Under the pieces are notes generated by a model. The model saw only the letters and a program-made list of their open reading frames with translations. It did not search any database and was not told the DNA's origin. A program made the position numbers and the translations under genes. Shown piece after piece: positions 37,317 through 46,448 of a stretch of DNA of 64,000 bases (position 1 is the first letter of the stretch; each line of letters opens with the position of its first letter). The stretch comes from a bacterium (lineage in GTDB: Bacteria > Patescibacteriota > Microgenomatia > Curtissbacterales > GWA2-41-24). Location: NCBI GenBank assembly GCA_021813125.1, contig JAKALT010000001.1:64023-128022 (forward strand), in the 5' to 3' direction.

Positions 37317-37784
37317 GTGGATGTGTTTGTAGTTCTCAGCGCAAAATATTTGTATCTTTTGATAATTTTAATTGCAGTAGGGTGGGTCTATTTTAGGGAA
37401 AAAGACAAAATCATAAACATTGCAAAACTTGTTGCAACTTCTTTCCCAATAGCATACATTGTTGCCAAAATTATCGGCCACTTTTACTACAACGCTCGTC
37501 CTTTTGTAGTTGAAAATGTTAAACCCTTAATAGACCATGCGGCAAACAACGGCTTTCCTTCGGACCACACCTTGCTTTCTACAACTATCTCTGCAGTCGT
37601 TTTCGTATATAACCGGAAACTGGGAATTTTACTGGTAGTACTTTCACTGGCAACAGGTTATGCCAGAGTTGCAGCCAGAATTCATCATCAAATAGATATT
37701 CTTGCAGCAGCAACAATCGCAATATGTGCAGTATATTTGTCAGTTAAAATTTTAAAAAAATTAGGAGTTAAATTTGGCGGATAA
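37317..37784 (+). CDS. PAP2-superfamily phosphatase
   Basis: 'PSDHT' and 'RIHHQID' PAP2 catalytic motifs. Confidence 0.7.
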   Translation: MDVFVVLSAKYLYLLIILIAVGWVYFREKDKIINIAKLVATSFPIAYIVAKIIGHFYYNARPFVVENVKPLIDHAANNGFPSDHTLLSTTISAVVFVYNRKLGILLVVLSLATGYARVAARIHHQIDILAAATIAICAVYLSVKILKKLGVKFGG

Positions 37785-38496
37785 CGAAGAATTACAAAAT
37801 CACCTAAGAAAAAACATTTTCCTGGTAAAAAGCGCCCTAGACTGGACGGTTGAATATGCTATATCAGCAGGCCAAAAGAGCGAAACGTTTGCATATATAC
37901 CAAAAATTTGGGAGGATGATGCATTTTTAATTAAAAAAGACCAGGAAGAAGCGGAAAATATAACCGTTTCACCAAAAACAGCCCAGGTTTTTATCCCGCT
38001 TTCCCAAATCGACAACCTGCATGATCTTTTGCATGAGTCAATTCATCGCTTAGGCATTTTGCAAATAAATGTACGGGGAAATCTTCTTTTGCCGCAGATT
38101 GCCGAAACTTTTGATCTTCAGCTTGTTCTAAAGGATAGCAAAAATATAAACCCGGATTCGTTTGACTTGGTTCTTCCATCCCCGGGCGATTATCAAACCG
38201 CAAAAAATCATCTCGTAAATGTTTACGAACGGCTGCTTGAAGGAATTACGGAATGGTTAACCCAGTTTACAAACACGCTCTCTCGCGAACATGGGTACGC
38301 CTTATTTGAGGATTTATCTCAAAAGTATTCAAAAGAAGTAGAGCTTATTGAAAAAATTAAAAGTGGACTTAGCCAAAAAGCCTTGTCCGACCAGCACGCC
38401 AATGCAATCTTGATCGCCTTTTCCCTAACCGGCGATGCCGAGGCGTTGCAATCTAAATTGTCGGGAGACTTTTTAAAATTTTTGAACGAATTTTAA
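37774..38496 (+). CDS. Hypothetical protein
   Basis: 240-aa ORF with no recognised motifs. Confidence 0.4.
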   Translation: MADNEELQNHLRKNIFLVKSALDWTVEYAISAGQKSETFAYIPKIWEDDAFLIKKDQEEAENITVSPKTAQVFIPLSQIDNLHDLLHESIHRLGILQINVRGNLLLPQIAETFDLQLVLKDSKNINPDSFDLVLPSPGDYQTAKNHLVNVYERLLEGITEWLTQFTNTLSREHGYALFEDLSQKYSKEVELIEKIKSGLSQKALSDQHANAILIAFSLTGDAEALQSKLSGDFLKFLNEF

Positions 38497-38497
38497 C

Positions 38498-39016
38498 CTA
38501 ACTTCCAAAGAATATTTTGTAAACTAGAGAAGTAATTGGGTCAATATCCTGCCCATGCGCAATTATTCCGCCTAAAGCACCGAGAAGAAGCATTATTAAA
38601 AGGCCCAGTAATGCCAAAACAACAATCAAATGTTTTCTAAAAATTACGTTATCAACTATTCCTGTGACTTTGCTTACCAAACTCGAAAGTGCTCCTAGCC
38701 TGTTGACAAAAGTATTGTTTTTACCTACAACCTCCACAAGGTAGAAAAAGCCGACAAAAGCAAAGTTAACAATAGCCAATTTTGCAAAAGCCGAATGTAC
38801 TTCAACTACCCTATTAAGATCCTCGAATTGTCTTGCAATTATTTCCCCGCTTGCATAAGCTGGCAAAAGTGAAAGTGAGCCTAAAATGGCAAATGCTGCT
38901 TTCACCCAAAAAAAGATCTGGCTTTCCAAAAATTTTCTAAATCTTAGAACTTCGAGAATACAATAGACGGTTAGCAAGGCAACCGGAAAGTGGACTATAA
39001 GAGGGTGAAAATTCAT
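38498..39016 (-). CDS. Hypothetical integral membrane protein
   Basis: 4 predicted TM helices; 'HPLIVHFPVALL' N-terminus. Confidence 0.4.
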   Translation of the reverse strand: MNFHPLIVHFPVALLTVYCILEVLRFRKFLESQIFFWVKAAFAILGSLSLLPAYASGEIIARQFEDLNRVVEVHSAFAKLAIVNFAFVGFFYLVEVVGKNNTFVNRLGALSSLVSKVTGIVDNVIFRKHLIVVLALLGLLIMLLLGALGGIIAHGQDIDPITSLVYKIFFGS

Positions 39017-39020
39017 CTCA

Positions 39021-39482
39021 TCAACCTTTTTTGGATTTTACCGCTTTAGACAAATTTACCAAAAGTTCAAGCTGTTTTTGCATTTGTTTATCTTGCTCCG
39101 ATAAATGCAGAAGTATTTGTTCAATATCCGTGTAGCTGGAAATCGTCGTTTTATACTCTTCTTCAGCCCTTACTTCAGCATGCCTTCCCTGAAGATTTTG
39201 GCCAACCATAATAAGCGGCATCAGAAGCAACTGGACGATATTTCCCAAAAAAAGCAGAAAGGCAAATGGGAACGGATCAAAAGGTTTATGGGCAAAGAAC
39301 GTTTGCCAAAGCATCCAGCCCGACATAAAAACAAGGAAAAAATATACGGCGTACATCGTGCCGACAATTTTTGTCGTGTAAAGCGCAATTTTATCCTGAA
39401 CGTTAAAAGTTTCCCGATGTTTTACGTTGACATTCTCGGGTTTGTGCCTTTGTCTTAAATAATCGCTGAAATTACGATCCAT
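39021..39482 (-). CDS. DUF1003-like membrane protein
   Basis: Two TM helices followed by a coiled-coil C-terminus; resemblance to DUF1003 from recall. Confidence 0.4.
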   Translation of the reverse strand: MDRNFSDYLRQRHKPENVNVKHRETFNVQDKIALYTTKIVGTMYAVYFFLVFMSGWMLWQTFFAHKPFDPFPFAFLLFLGNIVQLLLMPLIMVGQNLQGRHAEVRAEEEYKTTISSYTDIEQILLHLSEQDKQMQKQLELLVNLSKAVKSKKG

Positions 39483-39483
39483 T

Positions 39484-41136
39484 TTACCAAGATACCCTTA
39501 CGTGTTTCATAGCATAATCTAAACTGCCGTCAACTTTTTTATGCGGATTAAAAATTCCTTGCGGATCAAAAATATCTTTTGTTTCGGAAAACAAATTCAC
39601 AACTTTTTCTCCATACATTTGTTTTAAATATGGGGTACGGATCAAACCGTCATTGTGCTCTGCTGTGATAGAGCCCTTGTACTTTATGATAATTGAATAA
39701 ACTTCATTTGCAATTTGCGGGATAAGCTCTCTGACTTTGGGTTTTGTGATATCAACAAGAGGAATAATATGGAAATTGCCATCTCCAACGTGTCCCGCTA
39801 CAGTAAAAATAAATTCAGGATGTTTGCTTAGGATATCTGTAACCTGTGGTATCACTTCGGAAATATATTCTGGTTTGATATCAAAGTCGTCAATAAATGG
39901 GGCAGTGTGCTTGTCCCTGATCTTTTTCCTTAACAAGTTAAAACTCTCTCTCCTTACAAGCCAGTACCTTTTTTCAGCCGAATCTTCGGCAATTTGGGTT
40001 TGTGGATGTAGTGGTTTTAATTTTTCGCGAAGCTTTTTTACTTTATCTTCAACCTCACTTACGTCATCGCTTGTAAAGTCGACTTGCAGAACAAGTTTGG
40101 GCAGTTTTCTTCCCGTAAACAAATCAAAAAACGCAGGAAAAAACGCCAACCCTGCTTCAACCATTCCCAATGGCCCTAGCTGTTTTGCGAATTCCGGAAA
40201 ATATCTTAGCGCAAGTTTTAACGTGTTATCGTCATAAGATTCAAAACTTTCAGGTTTAAGCTCCAGCACCTCATTTATAATTTGCCCCAAATGCGACATG
40301 TCATGAAGAAAAATAATCAGCATTTCGCGGTGTTTGTGAACAGGCACAAGCTCAAGATTCCCCTCTAAAAATAACCCTAAAGTTCCCTGCGCACCAACCC
40401 AGAGTTTAGTCAAGTCAAAAATTTTGGTTTCTTTGTCGTATACATTCCAAAGATAATAACCTGCTGAATTTTTGGAAACATCGGGTTTTGCCTTTTGTAA
40501 TATTTCGTAGTTAGAATCTACAAGATCAAACATTCTTTTATAAATATTCCCTTCAAAATCACCTTTTTTAATTTTTGCTTTAAGCCCCTTTTCGTCCAGA
40601 GCTTTTATGTCGTACGCTTTACCGTCAGCAAGAACGGCCCTCACCCTTTTTACATATTTTTCTGTTTTTCCATACTGCAGCGATTTTTCGCCGCCGGAAT
40701 TGTTGTTAAAAATTCCACCCATTGCGCACAGTTCGCGTGATGCCGGGTAAGAAGGAAAAATCAAATTTTGCTTTAGGGTTTCAACCTCCAGGTCACGGTA
40801 GTAAACACCGCTCTGGCATGTAACAACGTTTCCGGAAACCGTAGGGGTTTCATTAAAATATTTCATAAAGGAAACGACGATAGAATCTCCAATCGCTCCA
40901 CCCGACATGTCTGTTCCTGCAGACCTGCCGGTTAACGAAAGTTCGGGGTTATTTTTTTTGTTTTTGGCAACATATGATACCAGGGCCTCGACATCCTCCT
41001 CATCTTTTGGAAAAACTACAACTTGGGGTTTTATTTCAAACAAGCTGGCGTCATGGCTAAACTGTGTAAGGGTATCGGAATCCTCGATAACATCACCTTT
41101 AATAATTTTGGAAAGATCCTGGGCAAGATTTGTCAT
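39484..41136 (-). CDS. FAD-linked oxidase (GlcD/D-lactate dehydrogenase-like)
   Basis: N-terminal FAD_binding_4 region ('PELSLTGRSAGTDMSGGAIGDS'), C-terminal FAD-oxidase_C domain. Confidence 0.7.
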   Translation of the reverse strand: MTNLAQDLSKIIKGDVIEDSDTLTQFSHDASLFEIKPQVVVFPKDEEDVEALVSYVAKNKKNNPELSLTGRSAGTDMSGGAIGDSIVVSFMKYFNETPTVSGNVVTCQSGVYYRDLEVETLKQNLIFPSYPASRELCAMGGIFNNNSGGEKSLQYGKTEKYVKRVRAVLADGKAYDIKALDEKGLKAKIKKGDFEGNIYKRMFDLVDSNYEILQKAKPDVSKNSAGYYLWNVYDKETKIFDLTKLWVGAQGTLGLFLEGNLELVPVHKHREMLIIFLHDMSHLGQIINEVLELKPESFESYDDNTLKLALRYFPEFAKQLGPLGMVEAGLAFFPAFFDLFTGRKLPKLVLQVDFTSDDVSEVEDKVKKLREKLKPLHPQTQIAEDSAEKRYWLVRRESFNLLRKKIRDKHTAPFIDDFDIKPEYISEVIPQVTDILSKHPEFIFTVAGHVGDGNFHIIPLVDITKPKVRELIPQIANEVYSIIIKYKGSITAEHNDGLIRTPYLKQMYGEKVVNLFSETKDIFDPQGIFNPHKKVDGSLDYAMKHVRVSW

Positions 41137-42153
41137 TCAGGAAGTTTTTCTGGCGATAACTTTTTTGACAGCAGCAGCAATAGCACCTTTGTCCATTTTG
41201 TATTTTTCCAAAAGTTCCTGCGGCTTGCCGGATTCAGCAAATGTGTCCTGAAGGCCAATAAACTCAATAGGCGTGGGTTTGTGTTTTGCCAAAGTTTCAG
41301 AAATTGCACCACCCAAGCCTCCCATAACTTGGTGGTCTTCCACGGTAACTGCCGCGCCCGATTTATTAACCATATTTACAACCGCTTCCACATCAAGCAG
41401 CTTGATGGTTGAGACATTGACAACTTCAACATCTATTTTTTCCTCTTTAAGCTGCTTGGCTGCCAAAAGTGCGTGATACAGCATGTAACCAGTTGCAAAA
41501 ATTGTTGCTTCCGGTGATTCAGTTTCCCAGTAAACGTCAATTTTTCCAGGCTCAAAAGGAGTTTTTTCACTTGTCATAACGGCAGTCTTGTCTCTTGTGA
41601 AACGGATATAAACAGGCCCCTTAATCTTTGAAGCTGCCAAGGTAGCCTTTTTTGCCTGGTTTGAATCGCACGGAATAAATATCGTCACATTTGGAAGCGC
41701 CCTCATTATTGCAATATCCTCCGTCGCCTGGTGGGTTGCACCATCCGGCCCGGTAACAATCCCCGAATGATGGCCTGCAATTTTGACATTTGCATCGTTG
41801 TAAACAATCGTCGTTCTTACGGTTTCCCAATTTTTCCCGGGCGAAAACGTTGCGTAAGATGCTATAAAAGGAATCTTCCCGGAAACTGCCAGCCCCGCGG
41901 CAACAGAAGCCATGTTTTGCTCGGCAACTCCGCATTGGATAAAACGTTCCGGAAATTCCTTCGCAAATTTATGGCAATGGGTTGATTCAGTAAGGTCTGC
42001 AGAAAGGGCAACGACATTTTTTTCCAGTTTTCCTGCTTCAAGTAGACCTTCCCCAAAACCCAAACGCGTTGTCTGCATCTCACAGTCGGAACCAAAAATT
42101 TTCTCGCTCAATTTTAGTTTAGGGTTTAACATGCTAGTTAAGTTCCTCCTCAA
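41137..42153 (-). CDS. Transketolase, C-terminal subunit (pyrimidine-binding + C-terminal domains)
   Basis: 'FIQCGVAEQNMASVAAGLA' transketolase Pyr-domain signature; split-gene architecture with the upstream partner. Confidence 0.85.
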   Translation of the reverse strand: MRRNLTSMLNPKLKLSEKIFGSDCEMQTTRLGFGEGLLEAGKLEKNVVALSADLTESTHCHKFAKEFPERFIQCGVAEQNMASVAAGLAVSGKIPFIASYATFSPGKNWETVRTTIVYNDANVKIAGHHSGIVTGPDGATHQATEDIAIMRALPNVTIFIPCDSNQAKKATLAASKIKGPVYIRFTRDKTAVMTSEKTPFEPGKIDVYWETESPEATIFATGYMLYHALLAAKQLKEEKIDVEVVNVSTIKLLDVEAVVNMVNKSGAAVTVEDHQVMGGLGGAISETLAKHKPTPIEFIGLQDTFAESGKPQELLEKYKMDKGAIAAAVKKVIARKTS

Positions 42154-43012
42154 TCTTTTTTAAATCCGAAAGGGCAACTTTTACTTGTTCATCTTTTGAC
42201 GGAGCACCTGCTACATCAGCGATTCCGGGCGGATTTCCGTGCCACAGATAATTATTTTCCATATAAGAAACGCCCTTTCCCGGAATTATATGAGCAACTA
42301 CAGCAGTTGGTTTGTTGTGTGTCGCCTGCGCCTGAGAAATTGCATCAACAAAGGCTCTAATGTTATGACCGTCAACCTCGATTGTTTCCCACCCGAAAGA
42401 CCGGTATTTCGAAACGACCGGTTCAAGTGGCATAACATTTTCAGTGTCACCATCTATTTGTATGTTGTTTCTGTCCAAAATTAAGGTTAAGTTATCCAGT
42501 TTATATTTTGGTGCGAGCATCAAGGCTTCCCATGTATTACCCTCCTGGTGCTCCCCGTCTGAAGCTATACAGTAAATTCTGTGTGTTTTACCATCCATCT
42601 TTGCGGCAATCGCCATACCAATTGACTGGGAAAGCCCTTCACCAAGTGGCCCGGAAGTGGTTTCAACTCCTGGCAAGGCACTTCTGTGCGGATGCCCCTG
42701 CAACCTTGAGTTTATTTTACGAAGAGTCATAAGCTCCTCTTGCGGAAAATATCCGGCAAGAGCCATAGCAGCGTAACGCACCGGGCATATATGACCATTA
42801 GAAAGAACAAGCCTGTCTCGGTCGTCGGAATCGGGCTTTTTGGGTTCATGATTTAATATATGGAAATAAAAAGCGGAAAAGATATCGGCCATCCCTAACG
42901 GGCCTGCAGAGTGGCCCGATTTTGCTTCAGCCAGCATTTCGATTATCATTTGACGGATTTTGTTGGCTTTTCTCTCCAGATCCCTAATTTTGTCTTCGTC
43001 AAGGTCTTTCAT
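42134..43012 (-). CDS. Transketolase, N-terminal subunit (TPP-binding)
   Basis: 'GHSAGPLGMADI', 'GDGEHQEGNTWEA' TPP/metal-binding motifs. Confidence 0.85.
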   Translation of the reverse strand: MKDLDEDKIRDLERKANKIRQMIIEMLAEAKSGHSAGPLGMADIFSAFYFHILNHEPKKPDSDDRDRLVLSNGHICPVRYAAMALAGYFPQEELMTLRKINSRLQGHPHRSALPGVETTSGPLGEGLSQSIGMAIAAKMDGKTHRIYCIASDGEHQEGNTWEALMLAPKYKLDNLTLILDRNNIQIDGDTENVMPLEPVVSKYRSFGWETIEVDGHNIRAFVDAISQAQATHNKPTAVVAHIIPGKGVSYMENNYLWHGNPPGIADVAGAPSKDEQVKVALSDLKKIEEELN

Positions 43013-43014
43013 TA

Positions 43015-44289
43015 CTATTTCAGAACCACCATTAAATCAGAAACATTAGAAGGTAGCCTACCTGTCAGTATAGCATCGCCGATAGATTCAAAAAAAGCAA
43101 AACTGTCGTTTTCACCCAAGAATTTTTGAAGATCCAAACCTGCGGCTTTCGCTTTCCTGACAGTTTCCAGATCGCCGATTGCCCCGGCCGCCTCACTGTT
43201 GTCCCAGCCGTCTGAATCAAAAGAGGCAATTATAACTCCTTCGGTTATGCTGGAAAGGGCAGACAAAACAAGCTGCTGGTTACGCCCGCCTTTTCCACTG
43301 CCCGTAACTCTAACTGACGTTTCGCCTCCAACCAAAAGGATAGTTCCGGTTTGCGTTGCCTCGATTAAATTCTTCCCTGCCATATTTGCATCGTCCTGAA
43401 AACTATTTGTGGCAATAATGGCTTTTTGTCCCAGCTCCTCCGCCCGTTTTTGCATTGCCGAAAGAGCAGTATCGTTACTTAAAAATAAAATATTGTCGAC
43501 ATTTTCGAAATATTTTTCTTCTTTTGGGCTTTCGATAAAACTACTCTCAATTGCACCAAGCTTCTCGCCTAAATTATATTTCTTGACGACGCCCTCAGCG
43601 TCTTCCTGTGTAGATTCATCCTTAACTGTAGGCCCGGATGCAATAACTGAAAAATTATTTCCCGGAACGTCTGAGAAAATTAAATTGACTATTTTGGCCG
43701 GGAAAAGTATTTGTGCCAGCCCTCCACCTTTTACAACGTCAAGATGTTTTCTTACTGCATTCATTTCCCTAATATCCGCCCCGCAATGTAAAAGTTCCGT
43801 ATTAACTTGAATCATCTGGTCGAGTGTCAGGTTATGCGGCGACTCAAGCATAACTGAGCCTCCGCCACAGGTAACAATAATTACTAAGTCACGTTGCGAC
43901 AAATTATTCAGTTTAGCAATAATTTTTTTTGTAAATTCTAAATTCTGGGGGGATGGTAGGGGATGAGTGCCTAGTGTAAATTCTACCTTTGAAAATTTCT
44001 CCTCCGTGACGTCAATCACATAGCCTGCAGTTAAACTTTCCCCAAGTACAGGCTCTATAAGTTTGCAGTTTCCAGCGGAGCCCTTTCCGTATCCCAATAA
44101 AAATACACGGTCAAAATCCGATAGATTATACGATTTACTTTGAATTCTCAAAACTCCGTTTTGAATCGACAAATTCTCCCTGAAAACTTCTTCCGGCTGA
44201 ATTGAAGCTATAGCAGCCTCAACAAGTTCAAGCAAAATTTTACGCCTGCCGTCTGTTGCTAGTTGCTGGTAGTTTTTTATAAAACCCAC
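43015..44289 (-). CDS. Glycerate kinase (MOFRL/glycerate-2-kinase family)
   Basis: DUF4147 N-terminal and MOFRL C-terminal organisation; 'LLVGGETSVRVTGSGKGGRNQ' conserved block. Confidence 0.7.
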   Translation of the reverse strand: MGFIKNYQQLATDGRRKILLELVEAAIASIQPEEVFRENLSIQNGVLRIQSKSYNLSDFDRVFLLGYGKGSAGNCKLIEPVLGESLTAGYVIDVTEEKFSKVEFTLGTHPLPSPQNLEFTKKIIAKLNNLSQRDLVIIVTCGGGSVMLESPHNLTLDQMIQVNTELLHCGADIREMNAVRKHLDVVKGGGLAQILFPAKIVNLIFSDVPGNNFSVIASGPTVKDESTQEDAEGVVKKYNLGEKLGAIESSFIESPKEEKYFENVDNILFLSNDTALSAMQKRAEELGQKAIIATNSFQDDANMAGKNLIEATQTGTILLVGGETSVRVTGSGKGGRNQQLVLSALSSITEGVIIASFDSDGWDNSEAAGAIGDLETVRKAKAAGLDLQKFLGENDSFAFFESIGDAILTGRLPSNVSDLMVVLK

Positions 44290-44328
44290 TTATTTTCATT
44301 ATACAAAGATAATGGAAGGTAAATCTAA

Positions 44329-44889
44329 TCAGCTTTTAGCTAAAACGCCCGAATTAGTAACCACAAAATTCATCCTTAAATCATGTGGTTTAGCGGGCAG
44401 ATAGTCAACGATCTGAAAATCATAGGCAAGGCCGACCATTAGTGCCCTGGAGTCAGAAAGCAGGCGATCATAAACACCGTTTCCGTAACCAAGCCGAATT
44501 AGACTTTTGGAAAACCCAACTGCCGGAATGATTGCCAAATCCAAACCACCTTCAATTGTGTCTCCATATTTTGGCTGTAATGTTCCAAAAGGTCCGGCTA
44601 TTAAATCTGTTTCTTGAACGAATTTTAAACACAGCCATTGTCCATCAAAATATCCCGGTAAATATATTTCTGCACCCATATTTTTGAAATAAGCCAATAT
44701 CTCAGCCGTTTCGACCTCATTATTTATAGGAAGATACAAAAGCACTCTTTTTTTTGTAGCAATTGCATCGATTTTTAGTAGGTTTTTAAAAATTTTTGAG
44801 CTTTTTTGGGAAATTTCATCGCCCGATAGGCTTTTTCTTCCTTTTATTAAAGTTTTCCGGATGGAGTCTTTACTTACAAGTTTCGTCAT
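44329..44889 (-). CDS. 5-formyltetrahydrofolate cyclo-ligase
   Basis: About 186 aa; 'LDLAIIPAVGFSKSLIRLGYGNGVYDR' conserved C-terminal block. Confidence 0.7.
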   Translation of the reverse strand: MTKLVSKDSIRKTLIKGRKSLSGDEISQKSSKIFKNLLKIDAIATKKRVLLYLPINNEVETAEILAYFKNMGAEIYLPGYFDGQWLCLKFVQETDLIAGPFGTLQPKYGDTIEGGLDLAIIPAVGFSKSLIRLGYGNGVYDRLLSDSRALMVGLAYDFQIVDYLPAKPHDLRMNFVVTNSGVLAKS

Positions 44890-44945
44890 GGGTAAAAAAA
44901 CACTACATGAGCTAAAAATTAACTCAAATTAATTTTGCAGACTGG

Positions 44946-45347
44946 CTATTTATTCTTTTTCAGAAGCTTATCGGAATATTTATCAATGCCAAAGTCCAAA
45001 AGAGAAACAAGGATGGCAACAATAATTACGAAAATAACACTAGAGATACCCAGCCCTGTCAGAACAGATAGCCTCTTCACAAGCCAAATCCCAATAACAA
45101 GTGCAATAAAATCCAAAACAATCCACACCCTTGAATCTTTAACCGTTATTTCTGCTTTTTCGGCAGCCACCGGGACTAAAAAGAAAACAATTGTTACCAG
45201 AAAAGCCGAAAAAACCGAGGCGAGCCCCTTGGAAAGGACTGCATTACCCAAAACGACAGACGAACTAAAAATTTGCGATAAAACAGCAAGCAAAATGCTG
45301 TTTACAACCCAGATAGCTAAAAACTTAATAAGCCTTGTTTGCTCCAT
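44946..45347 (-). CDS. Hypothetical 4-TM membrane protein
   Basis: 133-aa ORF with four hydrophobic helices. Confidence 0.35.
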   Translation of the reverse strand: MEQTRLIKFLAIWVVNSILLAVLSQIFSSSVVLGNAVLSKGLASVFSAFLVTIVFFLVPVAAEKAEITVKDSRVWIVLDFIALVIGIWLVKRLSVLTGLGISSVIFVIIVAILVSLLDFGIDKYSDKLLKKNK

Positions 45348-45437
45348 CCAACCTCACATCCAAAGAATAAATCAAGCAGAATCCCAAGTCAATACTAAAT
45401 TGACTTAGCTTCGATTGTATAGTAGAGTAAATACTGC

Positions 45438-45740
45438 ATGTTAAGCCAGGAAACCATAATTGAAAAGCTCAGGGAGTGTCTAGACCCGGAGTTAGGCATA
45501 AACATTGTTGATCTCGGCCTTGTTTACAGCATCAACATTGAAGACTCAAACATTGGTGTTCAAATGACCCTGACCACACCCGGTTGCCCGCTTGATTCCT
45601 ATTTCGTTAAAGATGTTACCTCCAAGTTAAAAACCATCAAAGGGGTCAAAGATGTTATGGTGGAAATGACGTTTGACCCTCCTTGGAACCCCTCAAAAAT
45701 GACTGAGGAATCAAAAGATCTGCTCGGCTTTGTCAATTAA
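45438..45740 (+). CDS. DUF59/MIP18-family Fe-S cluster assembly protein
   Basis: 'DPELGINIVDLGLVY...TPGCP' signature with conserved Cys. Confidence 0.7.
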   Translation: MLSQETIIEKLRECLDPELGINIVDLGLVYSINIEDSNIGVQMTLTTPGCPLDSYFVKDVTSKLKTIKGVKDVMVEMTFDPPWNPSKMTEESKDLLGFVN

Positions 45741-45882
45741 TTTCCGATACTGCCCTAACTGCCCCAAAACAACCTTGACTTTCGGGTTATATTCGGGTAA
45801 GCTATTAACCATTAACGATTTACGATTAACATTTTTTGGGGTATTGACAAGGACAAGATTTAGTGTCTAATCTGGAATTAGA

Positions 45883-45898
45883 CCACAATATATTGTGC
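45883..45898. promoter_or_regulatory. NrdR box (CCACAATATATTGTGC) just downstream of a putative TTGACA-N17-TAATCT promoter
   Basis: 14-bp perfect palindrome CACAATATATTGTG matching the NrdR-box consensus acaCwAtATaTwGtgt; about 90 nt upstream of nrdR. Confidence 0.6.
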
Positions 45899-45986
45899 TT
45901 TTGGGAAAAGTGTGAAACATTAGCCTGCAAAACCAAAAGCAACATTTTCAAATCAGGGCAGCTATATATAAAGATAGGGGAGTGAA

Positions 45987-46448
45987 GTGATTTGTCCTTT
46001 TTGTGCCAACGAGGCAACTAAAGTATTAGACAAGCGAGAAGGTGATTTTGGGAAAGTAACCAGAAGACGTCGGGAGTGTCAAAAATGTGGTCGCAGGTTT
46101 ACAACTTTCGAAAGAGCCGAAACTTTAGATCTTTTAATAGTTAAAAAAGACGGAAAAAGAGAAATATTCGACAGGGCCAAACTTAGAAGCGGAATCATCA
46201 AAGCTTGCGAGAAAAGGCCGGTTTCCGCAGAAAGCATCGAGAAGGTTATAGACGAAATCGAAGCGGACTTAAGAAAAAGCAGCGCCAGCGAAGTACCAAG
46301 CAAAACAGTAGGCGAACAAGTGACAAAAAAGCTCAAAAAGTTGGATAAGGTTGCCTACATAAGGTTTGCGTCGGTTTACAGGCAGTTTGCCGATATAAGT
46401 GATTTTGAAAACGAATTGGCCAAACTGTCAAAGAGGTTTAAAAAATGA
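45987..46448 (+). CDS. nrdR: Transcriptional repressor NrdR
   Basis: 'MICPFC...ECQKCGRRFTTFE' zinc ribbon followed by an ATP-cone. Confidence 0.9.
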   Translation: MICPFCANEATKVLDKREGDFGKVTRRRRECQKCGRRFTTFERAETLDLLIVKKDGKREIFDRAKLRSGIIKACEKRPVSAESIEKVIDEIEADLRKSSASEVPSKTVGEQVTKKLKKLDKVAYIRFASVYRQFADISDFENELAKLSKRFKK

